DNA of 64,000 nt, from assembly GCA_963693365.1 (NCBI GenBank), contig CAVNZM010000001.1:13812418-13876417 (forward strand). Reading direction: 5' to 3'. The stretch is from Amoebidium appalachense (taxonomy: Eukaryota; Protista; Ichthyosporea). Under the pieces are notes generated by a model. That model was not told the origin of the DNA. It did not search any database and saw nothing but the letters and a program-made list of their open reading frames with translations. Shown here in pieces: positions 1 to 19,359 of this stretch (positions are counted from its first letter, which is position 1; each line of letters begins with the position of its first letter). Made by a program: the position numbers and the translations under genes.

Positions 1-332
1 GTCACACAACCATCACACCCACCAATTCTCCCTCCACCAACTGATGTAAACATGACACATCTAAGCGTTTAATCCAGGTATTTAGGTCTACCACACCACC
101 CCAGACACCATAATGTACACCATATTGTCACCGTGCAAAACACCAGGTAATTCACTCAACTCACTCCCAGGGGTAACAGTAGACGATGCACCGTCTAACC
201 AGACACAAGAAACACAACAACGCACACAAGAGTTTCAATCCACCATATATATCTACTTGTCACATTCCCCATATCCACGTCCCCTCCCCTCCATCTTACC
301 CCAACACAATTTCACACACAAATTCACACACA

Positions 333-430
<98 letters not shown>

Positions 431-446
431 TTAGTTGTTATGATAC

Positions 447-680
447 CTTAATGGTAAGGTCCTCGTCACCCTTCACCAGCACGACCTTGATCGGAGACAG
501 GGGGGCATCCTCGGGCATGTACTCCACCACGGCACGCATCGAGTTCTGCAACCACACAGAGAACACACTCAGTCTGAGTCCCTAGAAACATGCAAAAGCA
601 AAGCATGCTGTCGACACGGACAAAAAAAAAAAAGGACCGTCTCCCATGCCTGAATGGCTATATGCTAGCTTATCTGTGAA

Positions 681-714
<34 letters not shown>

Positions 715-719
715 CGCCC

Positions 720-750
<31 letters not shown>

Positions 751-1721
751 ATGCGCCCCCCCCCCCTCCCCCCCTCCCCCCCTCCCCCCCCCCCCCCAAA
801 ACACAAACATCACACATGCGCACAGACGAATGCCGGGGACGCACACAGACACAGACCACACAGACACCCACACACGCACCTTAAGCAGCTCGAACAGCAT
901 GTGGTAGAGGTGGGAGGGGATGTAAGGGAAGCGGAAGTCCTGGTCCTTGTTGTGTGGGGTTATGATCTCCACGTTGGGTGACCGGCAGTAGTACTGGTCA
1001 CACAGGAACTGGAAAAGGGGTGTTGGGAGAAGGGGGGGGGGGGGGGGGGGGGGGGGGGGGTAAGAACGTGTTGCAGAGTAGGAGGTAGACCTTAAAACAC
1101 CATGCAGACTAACTCTCTTAAATCACTTGAAGCCGGTGTATCCATAAAATCGCGCCTAATAAATGAACAACGCTTAGTGGGATTGGTAGAAAGCTTCCAC
1201 CCAGAAACCATTACATTATGTTCCCAGTTCCGAACCGATACATCTCAGCTGCTATTCTGCCTGCCTGCACACACTCTGCCGCCTTTCCAACCTGGTGCCC
1301 CTGCACTACACTCCTTTACCTCTGCCTACGGCATTGTCATGCCTGCAATCAGTCGGCTACGTAGGGCCCTCTTTCGTAAAAACATTTTTAAATTTCCTTA
1401 TATGGCCAATCTAATCGAACCGGATTCGATCTGGACCAAAATACCCCTTGACAGAGTTTTCTCGTGCAACACGTAGGGCCCCCTTTGGCTCGTGGCACCA
1501 CATTTCGATTGGTCAAGCTGGACTCTGGACCATACTCCCGTGACTTCGCTCATTCCGGGAGTCCCACGTTCCAAAAACCCGAAAGCTCTCACTTCAACAA
1601 GGAGCAACAACAACTAAAACACATCATCTGGATGTGGGTGGTGGTGGTGGTGGTGGTGGTGGTGATGGTGATGGTGATGGTGATGGTGATTGTATATATT
1701 TATATTTTTTTATTTTTATTT

Positions 1722-1772
<51 letters not shown>

Positions 1773-4352
1773 ATATACCCTAGAGTTTTCAGCGGCGTCT
1801 CTGATGACTGCTGTGACCTGGCACTGGGGGTCGATAACACCGATCATGGTGGCAGGTGAGTTCTTGTTGCCAAACAGCTCCACGTGCTGACCAATCAGCA
1901 TGCGGATACCTGTGCAATCACCCAATCAAGAACACGCCCGGATAACATGGATCACACCGATACAATCTCACACCTTTGGCCGCGCTTTCCTTCCCCTCGT
2001 CACCCTTCCTCTTTCCCTTTGCCTAACGTCCCCGCGAACTCCCTTACCCCCCCCCTCCCCACCCCCACCCCCCAAACTCCAAACGCCCACCACCATCCAA
2101 AAAAACTAAACAAAAAAACAAAAAAACAAAATAAAACACACACACAAACACACAATGTGCCACCTACGACATCTCCCCATCCCTCCTTCACCAAGTCCTT
2201 CCACCATCGTTCTGCCAGCAGCCAGGCAAAGCTTCCATTATCTCCTCCCCCTTCCCCCTTCCCCCCCCCCCCCCACCCACCCTGCGCGGGTCCCCCAACC
2301 ACCACCCGACCGCCCACACAGACGTTACGGATCATATATTCATACGTTATATTCAGACGTTACGGATCATATATTCATACGTTATATTCAGACGTTACGG
2401 ATCATATATTCATACGTTATATTCAGACGTTACGGATCATATATATACATATATTCCCACACACATACACACCCACACCACATATATTCCCACACACATA
2501 CACACCCACACCACGGTGCACGTACCGATACGGCTCATGTACAGGCGATCAAGGAAATACTGGATGGGCCGTTCGAGGAAGTACGGTCCATTGAGCCTGT
2601 GCACACACAGTCAGATATATCTCACCACATATACATAGTCAGATAGACCCTACCACACACACACATCCAGTCAAATATGCCCCACTACACACACATACAC
2701 ACACATTCAGATATACAATACCAAAGACACACACAAACACAGTCAGCTATTCCCCCCCCCCCCCTCCCCCCCTACACACACGCGCGCGTGCGCATACACA
2801 CACATACACACACACAGTCAGATATGATCACCACACACACAATCAGATACTATTCACCACACACACACACACACACACACAGTCAGCTATATCACTCCCC
2901 CCCCCCCCCCCCCCCCCCCCCCTTCCCAAAACCACACACACATCGTGTGCTATGCCCCACCACACACACACACACACAGTCATATATACCTTGCCACACA
3001 ACCACTACCGTCACATACACACCAGCACATATACCCACACGGTCATCTATAAGGGGATAGAAAGTCCTGCGCGGAGGGGGGGGGGGGGGGGGGGGGGGTT
3101 TGAATGCGTCAAAAAGTACGAAGTACACAAGAACAAACGGATAACACGATGCAGAATGCAAGCCATACATAAAGAGTATGCATAAAAAGCAGAGCCCATC
3201 CTCAGGGGGGGCCCACGTCAACCACAGTACCCGAGTTTCGACCTATTCCCTTCGTTAACGAAAGCCAACTCAGATACTGTTTCACTTGAACATGGGTAGG
3301 TCACCCGTCTTGATCAGAGACGAGCAGGGTTGCTTATGCAGGCAAGGGCAGTGGGAAAGACCGGGGGTTAAAGTTGCAGCAGTAAGCAGAAGCAAGAAAA
3401 ATAGGGGGGGGGGGGGGGCACCTCTTCAGCTCGAGGATACCCTGTGCAATGGAGGTGACGACAGAGGCATGACGGGTGAGCACTTTGGCCACCATCTTGG
3501 TGAACGTGTGCACGTACTCCTCCTGTGTGTGTGTGTGTGTGCGTGTGCATGTGTGTAGGTATGCACGATTGTGTGTGTGTGTCGGAGTGTGTATTAGGGT
3601 GAGAAGGAAGGAAAGGGGTGGGGGGAGGAACGTGGGCAATGGGGGCAAACGGGGTAAGGGGGGCAAGTGGGGCCGGAGGGGGGGGGGGGGGGGGGGGGGG
3701 GGAGGAAGGGAAAGGGGGGGGGGGGGGGGGAATCGGATGCTGTGTAATGCAAACACACACACGAACATGTGCAACACATCACAAACAACGAGGCGAGCCT
3801 CCTTTCTTCCCCTACACCCACACACCCACACCCACACCCACACTCTCCCGGGCTCAAAAAGCAGCCTACGAATCAACATACGCCGTAAACATACACGAGC
3901 CTACACTCACCCTGTTCTTGTCTGCACTCTCCAGACCGGGAAACTCCACAAGATCCTTGAACGACTGAAGGTACCTGCAAACAAACAGACAGGAAAAAGG
4001 TGAGAAGACAAGAAACACACAGTGTATGTGTTGGGTGCATGAGCAGATGGTGTGGCTGTGAAGGTAAAACCTATGTATGCATGTGTGGGGTATTTTGGTT
4101 GAGGGGAACAAAGAAGAACGGGGCAACGGGGGGGGGGGTCTTCGTGTACCAATACAGCCTCAGCAGGGCATGCCTTCATGTGTGACTTGTGTGGCTAGGT
4201 AGAGCTACGAGATACAGCCACCTCACCAAGCAGACAAAGATTGGGAACCCCGCGGGGGGGGGGGGGGGGGGGGGGGTCGTAGCCACACAACTCAACGCGC
4301 TTCAGCAAAAGCTCTACCGGTGCAATAGTACAGCAGCCGAGGCACGAGGGAA

Positions 4353-4386
<34 letters not shown>

Positions 4387-6539
4387 GGCAAGGCATGCCT
4401 GGTTTAGAGACTCAGCAAAATAGAACCCCCCCCCCCCACACCCCCCTTTTCCCCCTGTTCAGGGTGGGTTAGATGGGTTTCAATAAAGCACACAGCACCA
4501 GGTGTGTGTGTGTGTGTGGAGGGGGGGGGGGGGGGGGGGGGGGGTTATACGGTACAGTCCACATCATGGGGAGAGGGGGGGGGGGGGGGGGGGGGAGAGG
4601 GGGGGGAAGAGAGGGGAGGGATAAAGGCACGTACCAGCCCCTGACCATCTGCACGGTCTTCATCTTGAGCAGTGGGGGGGGTATGTCGTCGATCTCCTTG
4701 ACCATGTGGGCAAGACGTACGGGCAGCTCACTGCGAAGGAACTTGCACGAGTTGAGCGCAGTAGTCACGTTGATGTTGCGCCCTGAAAACATTGGGGGGG
4801 AGGGGGGGGGGGGGGGGAGGGGGACGGAGGGAGGAGGAGGAGGAGGGGGGAAGGGGGGGGGGGGAGGGGGGAGGGGGAGAGGAAAGGAGGAGGAGGAGGA
4901 GGGGAAGGGAGGGGGGAGGGCGGGAGGGCTTTGAATGAGTATTTGCACAGTGTTAAGTGCAGTATTGAAGGCAAAAACTTCATGCGGATATGCAACAGCG
5001 ACAATGAGGACCCACCGGGAAGGGGGGGGGAGGGGGGAAGGAGAGGAGGGGGGTTTATTATGTGCTACAGATGACGGAGTACACACTTACACTAAAACAA
5101 CACAATGCCTGCAGTTACAGAGCATGTACAAAGAGTGTGCATCATGAGTAGAGCCCATCCTCAGGTACAGCCCGGCCCCATCGAGGGGGATGGTGCTATG
5201 TTAGCATCCACTAGGTAGTAGTTATAAGGTGGAAGAAGTGGAGAGGTTGGAAGTGATACTGCATCTGGGCGTATACAAGAGAAAAGAAGTGTGTGGTTTA
5301 AAGGCATAAAATGGGCAGGTGGGAGGGCTTCAAGATAGAAAACTTGGGGCCAAAGGAGGGGGGGGGGGGGGAATAACAGCTTCACGACCGGCTTTCTTAT
5401 GCGTGATCAAGCAATCACCTATACCGAGTTATTGCACACACAGGCACACACACGCAAGCACATACACACAGTACACAGCCAAACCACACCTAATATGCAA
5501 CCTCATTTAGGGAGGTTTTACGGACTCTCTTACAATTCGGTCATCACGAACATGTATGTGCAGTCTGAGTCGAACTAGCACAACCCCTTCCCCTACCCCC
5601 CCCCCCCCTCCGTCCCCTTCTCTCTCTCTCTCTCTCTCTCTCCCCCCCCCCCCCCCCCCTTCCCCTCCCTGTGTTCTCTTCAAGGTGCCCGCAAGCATCG
5701 ACCAGCAGGCCCCTGCCCTTTGGCCAATCAGCTGCTTGGAAGCAGTAAATAAAACACATATATACCCCCCCCTCCCCACACACACACACACACACAAAAA
5801 ACACTAAACAAAATAGAAATAACATAATGCAAAAATAGGGGCTTGCCATGTACCTAGTGGTCCCTTCTTCAAATCCTGCCCAGCGATTTCATCCTAACAC
5901 AGCACCGAAACCCCCCCCCCCCCCCAAAAAAAAAAAAAAAAAGAAAGAAAGAAAGAAAGAAAAGAAAAAAGAAAATCCCGAGGCAAAAACACCAGACGGT
6001 ATCCCTTCCAACATCCGTGTTCCAAAAGCACTCAACAAAAGAATGCCCATATCCCCTTGCCCAGCACTTACCGAAATCGGTAAATTGCTGCAGGGAAACC
6101 GGTGTTTGGCGATAGGCCACATACTGGTTTATGAGTCTCATGATATCCTCCTCACTGTTAAGCCTCTGTGTCTCACCCGTGGCCGAGGAGTACCGCCTCC
6201 GGTTCCAGGTCTCATGCTGGAAGGACGACCAAGCCCCAGCACCCACCTGCCAAAATACAAGCAAAAAAAGGTAAACATGGGGTGCTAGTCATACCGGGAT
6301 TCTACATATGGCAGCACCAACCCTGCTTGTTCCCACACTATCCTTCATGCAAAAGGAACGGCTCCAAGGGGAGATAGTCCAAACGCGCTAACTAGGTTGT
6401 CCAACAACAGCATTTTCTCCCCTTCCTCACCCTTATCAGTCCAAAACCACTTCGGTGGCCATATATGTTGTCTCGCCCTCTCCCTCTCCCCCCCCCTCCT
6501 CCTCCTCCTCTCTCCTTTTTCTCCGTTGCCCTTCCACCT

Positions 6540-6582
<43 letters not shown>

Positions 6583-7013
6583 GTCTCTCTCTCCTCCCCC
6601 CCCTCTCTCTTTCTCCCCCCCCTCCCCCTCCCTTATCCAACAACCCGTGGTCCGTCCACACACATCAGCCGTGGTCCGTCCACACACATCAGCAGCAGGC
6701 TTCACAGCAGTTGTTTTATTCACCTCATAGCACAACCAAGAAACGTGAACTATCAACTCTATTACAGATAAAAGCAAGAAGAAGAACATCAAAACTTGGG
6801 GGAGGGAGAATCAGTTAACGCTCAAACTCTATACACCTGCGTACAACCACCCGGCCCTACAACAAATCCCCTGCGTTGCCGAGGAACCCGAACCTGACAC
6901 CACGCATGGACTAACAAGTCACTACTGCACCCAAAAATCCCAAAACACAGAATACTTGCCAGATTTCTGGTGGGTGACAGGAGCAGCCGCCTTCCTAAGG
7001 CAATCGCCGCCAT
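447..7013 (-). CDS. PDK: Mitochondrial pyruvate dehydrogenase kinase (PDK/BCKDK family GHKL kinase), multi-exon, 3' end continues left of the window
   Basis: Phase-consistent exons 6960-7013 (tentative), 6072-6246, 4635-4782, 3911-3974, 3422-3522, 2526-2596, 1779-1909, 880-1008, 447-545. Family motifs [79 protein letters not shown] (N-box). N-terminus MAAIALGRRLLLSPTRNL looks like a mitochondrial presequence. Confidence 0.93.
2319..2444. repeat. Intronic minisatellite, 35-bp unit x ~3.6
   Basis: Unit CAGACGTTACGGATCATATATTCATACGTTATATT starts at 2319, 2354, 2389 and 2424. Confidence 0.95.
3099..3402 (-). mobile_element. Retroposon-like repeat copy (C-run-associated family) in a PDK intron
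   Basis: 3099-3305 is nearly identical to the reverse complement of 39367-39575; 3305-3347 also matches 36826-36869. Flanked on both sides by A+G-run on the plus strand. Confidence 0.85.
5054..5353 (-). mobile_element. Divergent retroposon-like repeat copy in a PDK intron
   Basis: Contains CCTGAGGATGGGCTCT and a similar 3' segment. Flanking direct repeat AGGAGGGGGG at 5044-5053 and 5354-5363. Confidence 0.65.
6645..6692. repeat. 24-bp tandem duplication
   Basis: CCGTGGTCCGTCCACACACATCAG x2. Confidence 0.9.
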
Positions 7014-8264
7014 GACGGCGTCGTCTACTACAACCCTACGCCCAACCCAACTACTCGTGACAAGCCCAAAAAAAAAGGATTAAGATGCTTACGCTTCCAA
7101 ACCACCTAACCGACTCCCCCAGACGAAAAACACCCTAATAATAAACAGTGTTGTGTTATACCACTACACCCTAGCCTTCCCTGTCGCTATTTTTCAAGTT
7201 TCACTGTGTGTTGGGACGCCTGACTCTAACACACTGGTCATGGGTCCGAAGGCTTTCTCACTCCAGCGAAAAGCATTCATGTGGCGTCTCACAGACCTTG
7301 TTTTTCAGCGAACTTAGATATTCATGACCTTCAACCAATAGAACACAGTACAAAGGAAACAAGAACTATAAAAAGCAAGCCAATGCTTTCTTTCATGATA
7401 TTTCGCGAATCGAAAAGCTGAAAACTCTAGTGGCTCTTACCAGTCCTGATTTTGGTTAGGAAGCCTCAGGTTTCATTGGAAGGCCAGAGCGAGGTAGAGT
7501 GGTACAAACGGTGCTCGTTGGCCGTGCCAACGATTGGATGAAGCATCGCGGCCCAAAGCCGGCCAAAGCCAACAGAGTTTCGTGAACAGCCTCTAACAAG
7601 TGCACGGAACATTTTGTAGAAAGGGATGATGTGCTTGCAAAACGAGATATTCAGGGACCCCCTGTTTCGCCCCGAGCATGGGTTTCGGTTTTGGCCTGGA
7701 AAACAACTCAGCAAACATGATCCGCTTTGCATGTGGTCTGACTCCAAATTGTAGATTCCCGATGTGAATATCACATCTTGGACTCCAAAAAAAGATGAGG
7801 ATCTCGTGCACAATGAAACTGTACTGCATACTCCGCGGGCACGAAAAAGCGAGAACAAGGGAACACGGTAATCCATGCGACTTCCAACATAGAGCTCTAA
7901 GCTTTCCCGTTAGCTCACATGACCAAAAGGAGTGTGTGCATGTGTTTGACAACATGGGCATTGATCGATCAGGGCATGGTGGGCAACGACTACACTGCCA
8001 CTATCAGGGAGCTAATACAGCTTTATCATGATTATATAGCACTTACGCACTTATGTTTTTATATACATGCCACAGGTGTTACAGCACAGCACAGCACACG
8101 TGGCACTACGCTTGGCAAACCTGCCTACTAGTATTCTTGCCCCAAGCCTAGCAGTGATCATGCACATATGCGCTTCACTGCAGTGATCTTGCACAAATGC
8201 GCTTCCGCTTCTGTTTGAACAAAAGAAAGTTCCTCACGTTTTCATTCAAGTAACAGTGATCTGA

Positions 8265-13552
<5,288 letters not shown>

Positions 13553-13776
13553 TTTCTAGTTCTAAAAGCACCGTCGCCGGTGGGAATGCAAAAAAAACAC
13601 TGAGGACGCGCAAACCGAGAAGAAGAGTTAGTGATAATGGAAAACAAACAGTAAACACGCGCAAAACGAGGAGACTTGCACATGTACAGCCCACACAACT
13701 TCTGGAATCTGGACTGTTCAAAACGAAAAGTGCACATGCATCAACTCGGCAGTGGCAAAAAGGTGTCACTTTGGCG

Positions 13777-13830
13777 TGACGTCAATCAGTTTACGCACCT
13801 ATGATTGGCCAGTTAAGAGCCATGACGTCA
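13777..13830. promoter_or_regulatory. Candidate bidirectional promoter core for SBDS and PP2C: two CRE palindromes around a CCAAT box
   Basis: TGACGTCA at 13777-13784 and 13823-13830, ATTGG at 13804-13808, in the ~900-bp microsatellite-free gap between divergent start codons (13552 and 14449). Confidence 0.6.
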
Positions 13831-14448
13831 CACGCTTGGTAGGAGACGCGTTACTGTTTCCGCCGGCCCGGCAGTCACGGGAAACCAGCGGATAGACGGG
13901 CTATATGTACTTCTAAAAAGGATAAAAGGGCTGTTTTAGGCTGTAACGCCCTATATATATGTATATTTGTGCATGAACATATATTTTCCTGTTGCCAAAA
14001 GGTGCAAGGGATTGATGACGCAAACACAGCCGGGCCTAAAACTATATATAGCATTCTTACATTTAAAAGGCACTATTTTTGGAAGGTGACAAGATCTGTC
14101 AAAACCAAAGGGCCCGGCCGGCCGGACCTCAGCAGCAGCGGGCTGCAGCGTTCGGTTTTCCACTTCTGCAGAAAAGTTATTGCCGCAGCTGTTGTTTTTT
14201 TTACTTACGGAGACAGTTTACAAACATTTTTTTTGTATAGAGAAAGGTGTTATTTGCACGTTATATAACGGTGTAAATAAGTGGTAGCTCCTATCCTTTT
14301 AGGATTTTTTTTTGTGGTTTTTTTCCCGCCCGTCACGATAGCCACCACTAGCTAGCGCTCCTAGTCGGACGCTCTTCTGGGCAGCTGCACACTCCTGAAC
14401 ATCACATCACATCCAATTGAAAGTCCTCTGTCCACTCTCTCCGTTAAT

Positions 14449-15661
14449 ATGAGCCTTACAGCACACCCGCCGCTTATGCGGCGGCGAAGGTCTAATGAGC
14501 TTCGCAGTGCTCTTCTCGCAAAACACAGAGATGCCTTGCTGACCAGATACATAGATGAAGAGTGGTTTGAAGAGATGACACGCCTACCAGTCGCCCCATC
14601 CCTCATCGTTACCTCGGCCGAAACACCGGGCGAGATTCTGCGCGTAGCTATCGAGTATCTGAAAACGAGGTATGCTCTTGCAGTGAAGAGGAAGGAGAGC
14701 GGAGCAGGAGAGGATGCAACCGACACGACGGAACGGCCCGAGACCCCAGAAGAGTTACCACACCCCCACACAACGCAGGGTTTGCGCTTGGTCGGGAAAA
14801 TATACAAGAAATTGGAGCAGGTTGGGTTTGAGAAGTTCAAGCTTGAGCCAAAGGAGAACGCACCGGCTGTGGAGGAGGAAACGGAAACGGACTTGTATGA
14901 TTCGGTTGGTATGGCAAAGGCGGTGATGAGCTGCCTGGACAGGGAGATTGAGGTGTGGAAGAAGGAGGAGAGGCACAAGCAGGAACATGCACCGTCATAT
15001 TTTGGTGACATTGTCGTGTGCGCGGACAAGGGCCGACGCATGAGCATGGAAGACAAGCACGTTGTCATTTCGGATCTGAATGCATGTTTCGGCCTGGAGG
15101 ACGAAGGCTACCCGTACCAAGCGTTTTTCGCTGTCTATGACGGCCACGGTGGTGTTGAGGCGGCAGAGTACACACGAATCCATCTACATGCAAACATTGT
15201 ACGGTCAGAGTATTTCAAGACCGACATAGAAAAGGCCATGAAGGAAGGGTTTAGCAAAACGGATCGGGATTTCTTGGCACGGGCCGAACGGGACAATGTT
15301 GCAAGCGGCTGTACGTGCATCGTTAGTATAGTGCGCGGTGACCGTCTTCACACAGCGTGGCTGGGCGATTCACAGGCTATGCTATGCCGCAGGTATGACC
15401 TATCAACACACTTGTGCGGTGGGAAGGTTGTTCGGTGGGGGTGGCAGTGGGAGAAGTGGGTAGGTTGGGGGGAGGTGGGGAGGGGAGGGGGAGGGCGGGA
15501 AATGATTAAGCGGGGTAAACGTGCAATTACGAACGTCTCTGCACCAATTCCCGTTTTCTTTCGGACGGTTTTCCACTTCTTGGTTTTGCACGTTTTTATC
15601 CACGTTCCTGGTTATCTAGATCGGTGGTGGCAGGGTTGGATTGGCCAAGGGGTGGTGGTGT

Positions 15662-15693
<32 letters not shown>

Positions 15694-15924
15694 TGTGCGG
15701 GTGTGCAAGGGTGTGTATATGCTCTGGTGCCGAGGGGGCCCTGGGAGGAAAAGCTGTTAACATATCCATCCACCCACACTTCTCTGGCGTTTCACCGTGG
15801 TTGCTAACGAGCGCTGCCTGTGCCTTTTCTCCGTCTTCTTATGGTTCGGCGGTGCATTGACGGTTCCGTTCATGGGATAATCCAACTTATTTTTCTGACC
15901 CGAAGCAGCCCCCCTCTCCCCCCC

Positions 15925-15956
<32 letters not shown>

Positions 15957-16534
15957 TTTTTCCTCTCCCGCCCTCCGGGCCTCAGATTTTTTTTAAACCC
16001 CATAGAGAACTCCCAATTGTGATTTGATTGAGCATGTGGTGTGCTTAGTCTTTCCTGAAGCAACCCCTCCTCCCCTTCCCCCCCCCACCTCTCCGCCTCT
16101 CTCGTTCCCCCTCTCTCTTTATCTCTCTCTCTTTCTCTCTCTCTCTCTTTCTCTCTCTCCCCCTCCCCCCCCCCCCCCCCCCCCCCCCCCCCGTTATTCT
16201 CTTGATATACTTTTCTAACACCAATACAGCCTATCCCAGTTATCTGATAACCAGCGTTCACACGTGTGTGCTAAGTTTCGTCGTGGCTTGCCCTTGCGCC
16301 TTCCCCACTTTTCTCGTTTCAGTCAAGAGGCCCTGCCCGAGTTGTATGGCGTAGTTGCACGTGAACACATCACAAACTGACATCCATTAGGCACACGCAC
16401 GTGGACAGACAGTTCACTTTCTCAATCGTGCATGTTTGTATGCTCTCACCTACACAAACCAACTCAATCTTTACCGTGTTACTATTCGGCTTGCTGATCA
16501 TGTGCTTTTTGTTATCCCGCCCCCCCACCCCCCA

Positions 16535-16588
<54 letters not shown>

Positions 16589-16615
16589 CCTCTTCCCCCT
16601 CCCCGCTCCCCTCCT

Positions 16616-16646
<31 letters not shown>

Positions 16647-17459
16647 TCCCCCCCATCCCCACCCCACCCCACGGTGTCACCGCTTATTTCTGTCTTAGCT
16701 ACTGCCGTGATATGGTCGGTCCTTTGAGTCACGGTTGACGATGGGCAACATCGTTTCATTCGCCATGGATTGATTTCTTTGACTTTCATCCACGCATGCA
16801 TAAACTCACCAACCAGCATCCACATCCCGCCTTCATTTTGTCATGTGTCGCTTTTAATCTTGCTCTCATGCCTACACCAACGCACCACCCTGCAGATCCA
16901 TCTCCAAACCCCGAACCCTTCCTACACTCTTGCTCACCATTCTCTTGTTTTAACCCATGGCAGGGGCGAGCCAGTTAGCGGCATGTGCCAGCCCCACAAG
17001 CCCGACCGCGAAGACGAAAAGGCCCGCATCGAAGGGCTGGGCGGGGTCGTCGTGTGGCACGGCGCGTGGCGCGTAAACGGCGTACTTAGCGTCGCGCGCG
17101 CGATCGGCGACCGGCAACTGAAGAAATATGTTGTTAGTGACTGCGACTATTCCTCTACGGAGCTCGGAAACGGCGAGAGTTTCCTTTGTCTTGCGTGCGA
17201 CGGGTTGTGGGATGTTATGGAGCCGAGGAACGTGATTGATTTTGTGGACAAGCATGCGGTGGAGGGAAAGCCCAGCTCGGAGATTGCAAAGGCGCTGGTT
17301 AAGCACGCGCTGGGGCTTGGCTCGGCTGACAACATATCGGTCATTGTCGTGTTTTTCAAGGTGCGTGTGTACGTGCGTGCAATGGGGAGACTTTTTTGGG
17401 GGGGGAGGGGGTTGTTTTTGTGGGCTGTATGCTTGGCATGCTGTGACCCTCCCCCGTCC

Positions 17460-17492
<33 letters not shown>

Positions 17493-17497
17493 CCACC

Positions 17498-17557
<60 letters not shown>

Positions 17558-17989
17558 GGCGTCTCCTCATGTTAACAATATCAGAGGCACGCGCACATGC
17601 ACTCGTCGTTTCCGTCTTCACATTCCCTCCACCTTTTTCTCTTCTCCCTGCCTCCCCCCCCCCCTCCCCCCCCCCCCCCCCCCCCCCCTCTCTCTCCTTC
17701 CCCTCTCCCTCTCCCCTCCCCCCCTCCCCCTCTCCCTCTGTGGGCCCTTTACCGCCATACTCTCTCCCCACGTGTTTATCATCGCACACCTTCGTACTCC
17801 GCCCCATGCTCCAGGGCATATCACTCCGCCCGCTTCCCCTCTTGCCCTGAAGTTTACGAGTGTATATTACAAGTGCTACCCCGTTTTCTTCTCCAAATGC
17901 TTACTGGCATGTTTTGGTTGCTTCTGCTTCTGAATAATTTTCTTCTGTCGTGCTTTAACCTTCATCTACCTTCTTCACGTCGGCCTCCA

Positions 17990-18025
<36 letters not shown>

Positions 18026-18347
18026 ATGCTAAATGTGTTCTTCGTACTCCGTTACCCATTCCAACTTTTTTACCCCCCCCCCCCCCCCCCCCCCCCCTTT
18101 CCCCCCCCCTACCTCCCCGCCCCCGGTCTCCTGCCACTCAGCTGTCTGCAACATCTCGCTCGTTATGTGACCTCTTATATGTTTATGTTATACTGTTTTT
18201 GGCACACACTCGCATCCCTTTCCATCGCTACGCACGCACACGCACACTGGCGCGCGCACGCACACACACACATACACGCACACCCGCGCGCACGCACACG
18301 CACCGCGCGTGTGTGCGGCAACACACACACTAACACACGCACGGGCG

Positions 18348-18398
<51 letters not shown>

Positions 18399-18830
18399 AC
18401 AAATGCGCACACACATTCTCTATCCGCTAAAGCTATAGAGACTAGTATGTGTGCATCTCCGCACCCTCTGAATCTGTACATCTCCCCTCTCCTCTCTCCT
18501 TGCTTCCTCCTTTCCCAACCTTTCTTACCAACCTTGTGTTTTATATAATGCAATCAGGGGAGGGGGAGGGGGGAGTTTGCAACAAACGTTAACCTATATT
18601 CAATACATATTCAGTTTACATATATACACAGAGAAGGGTGCACATACACACCCGTGGGGGGGAGGGGGGGGGGGGATACAGAGAAAACCCGCATCACCAT
18701 TCCCATACTGCAACACATTCATTCCATGCAACATGTATGTGTTCCACATGTGTACCTGCGCACGTGCACAAGCGTACACCAAGGTGGAGCGGGGGAGGGG
18801 GGAGGGGGGTTTGATGGGGGCGGTGCTGTT

Positions 18831-18861
<31 letters not shown>

Positions 18862-18949
18862 GGGGGGGGGTAGCGTACGCGATGAGTCTGAGTCTGAGTC
18901 TGAGTCTGTGTTTGCTTGTGTGTGTGTGTGTGCGCGCTGCGCGCGCCTG

Positions 18950-19009
<60 letters not shown>

Positions 19010-19015
19010 GGGGGA

Positions 19016-19050
<35 letters not shown>

Positions 19051-19359
19051 TAGGGAGGGGTATGTATACAGCTAAAACAGCTCTGCTCCCCCGAGTACTT
19101 TTATACATTATTTTGTGTTTTATTACACCTGTACGGCCTACCCACCTAGTGGTGTTGACAGGGTGGGGGGTATGCCCAGGATCGTGCCCTTGCAGCCGTG
19201 GCGGCCGCCGCCAGCGAGGAAAAGGACGATCTGATGGACGAATCAGATGACTCCCCGGCACCCAATGAGGAGCAACCCCCGGCACCGGCCGCAGCCATAG
19301 GCAATGCACCGCGTTCCCCTGGCCCCGTGCCTGATATCATCGAGACAAAGGCGGATTGA
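14449..19359 (+). CDS. PP2C/PPM protein phosphatase, PPM1E/PPM1F (CaMKP)-like, 3 exons, ~506 aa
   Basis: Exons 14449-15392, 16964-17360, 19180-19359, phase-consistent. Motifs RRMSMEDKH, FFAVYDGHGG, SGCT, AWLGDSQ, HKPDREDEKARIEGLGGVVVWHGAWRVNGVLSVARAIGD, LACDGLWD, GSADNISVIVV. Subfamily call rests on recalled PPM1E/F-type residues; exon 3 (acidic/Pro tail) is less certain. Confidence 0.9.

Noticed and set aside
1102-1613. ORFs in a PDK intron with an 11-bp direct repeat ACGTAGGGCCC (1359, 1471)
   Set aside because: No recognisable protein or terminal repeats and a single occurrence; not enough to call an element.
2319-2444. 35-bp repeats of CRISPR-like length
   Set aside because: Units are directly adjacent with no unique spacers, lie in a eukaryotic intron, and no cas genes are present.
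4930-5016. Additional element copy ending CATTCAAA in a PDK intron
   Set aside because: Only the terminal 8 nt match, and the flanking repeat is imperfect.
7466-7961. Complex-sequence ORFs between PDK and SBDS
   Set aside because: No recognisable motifs or convincing splice structure; possibly a decayed insertion, left unannotated.
14361-15068. 235-aa minus-strand ORF
   Set aside because: Antisense shadow of PP2C exon 1.
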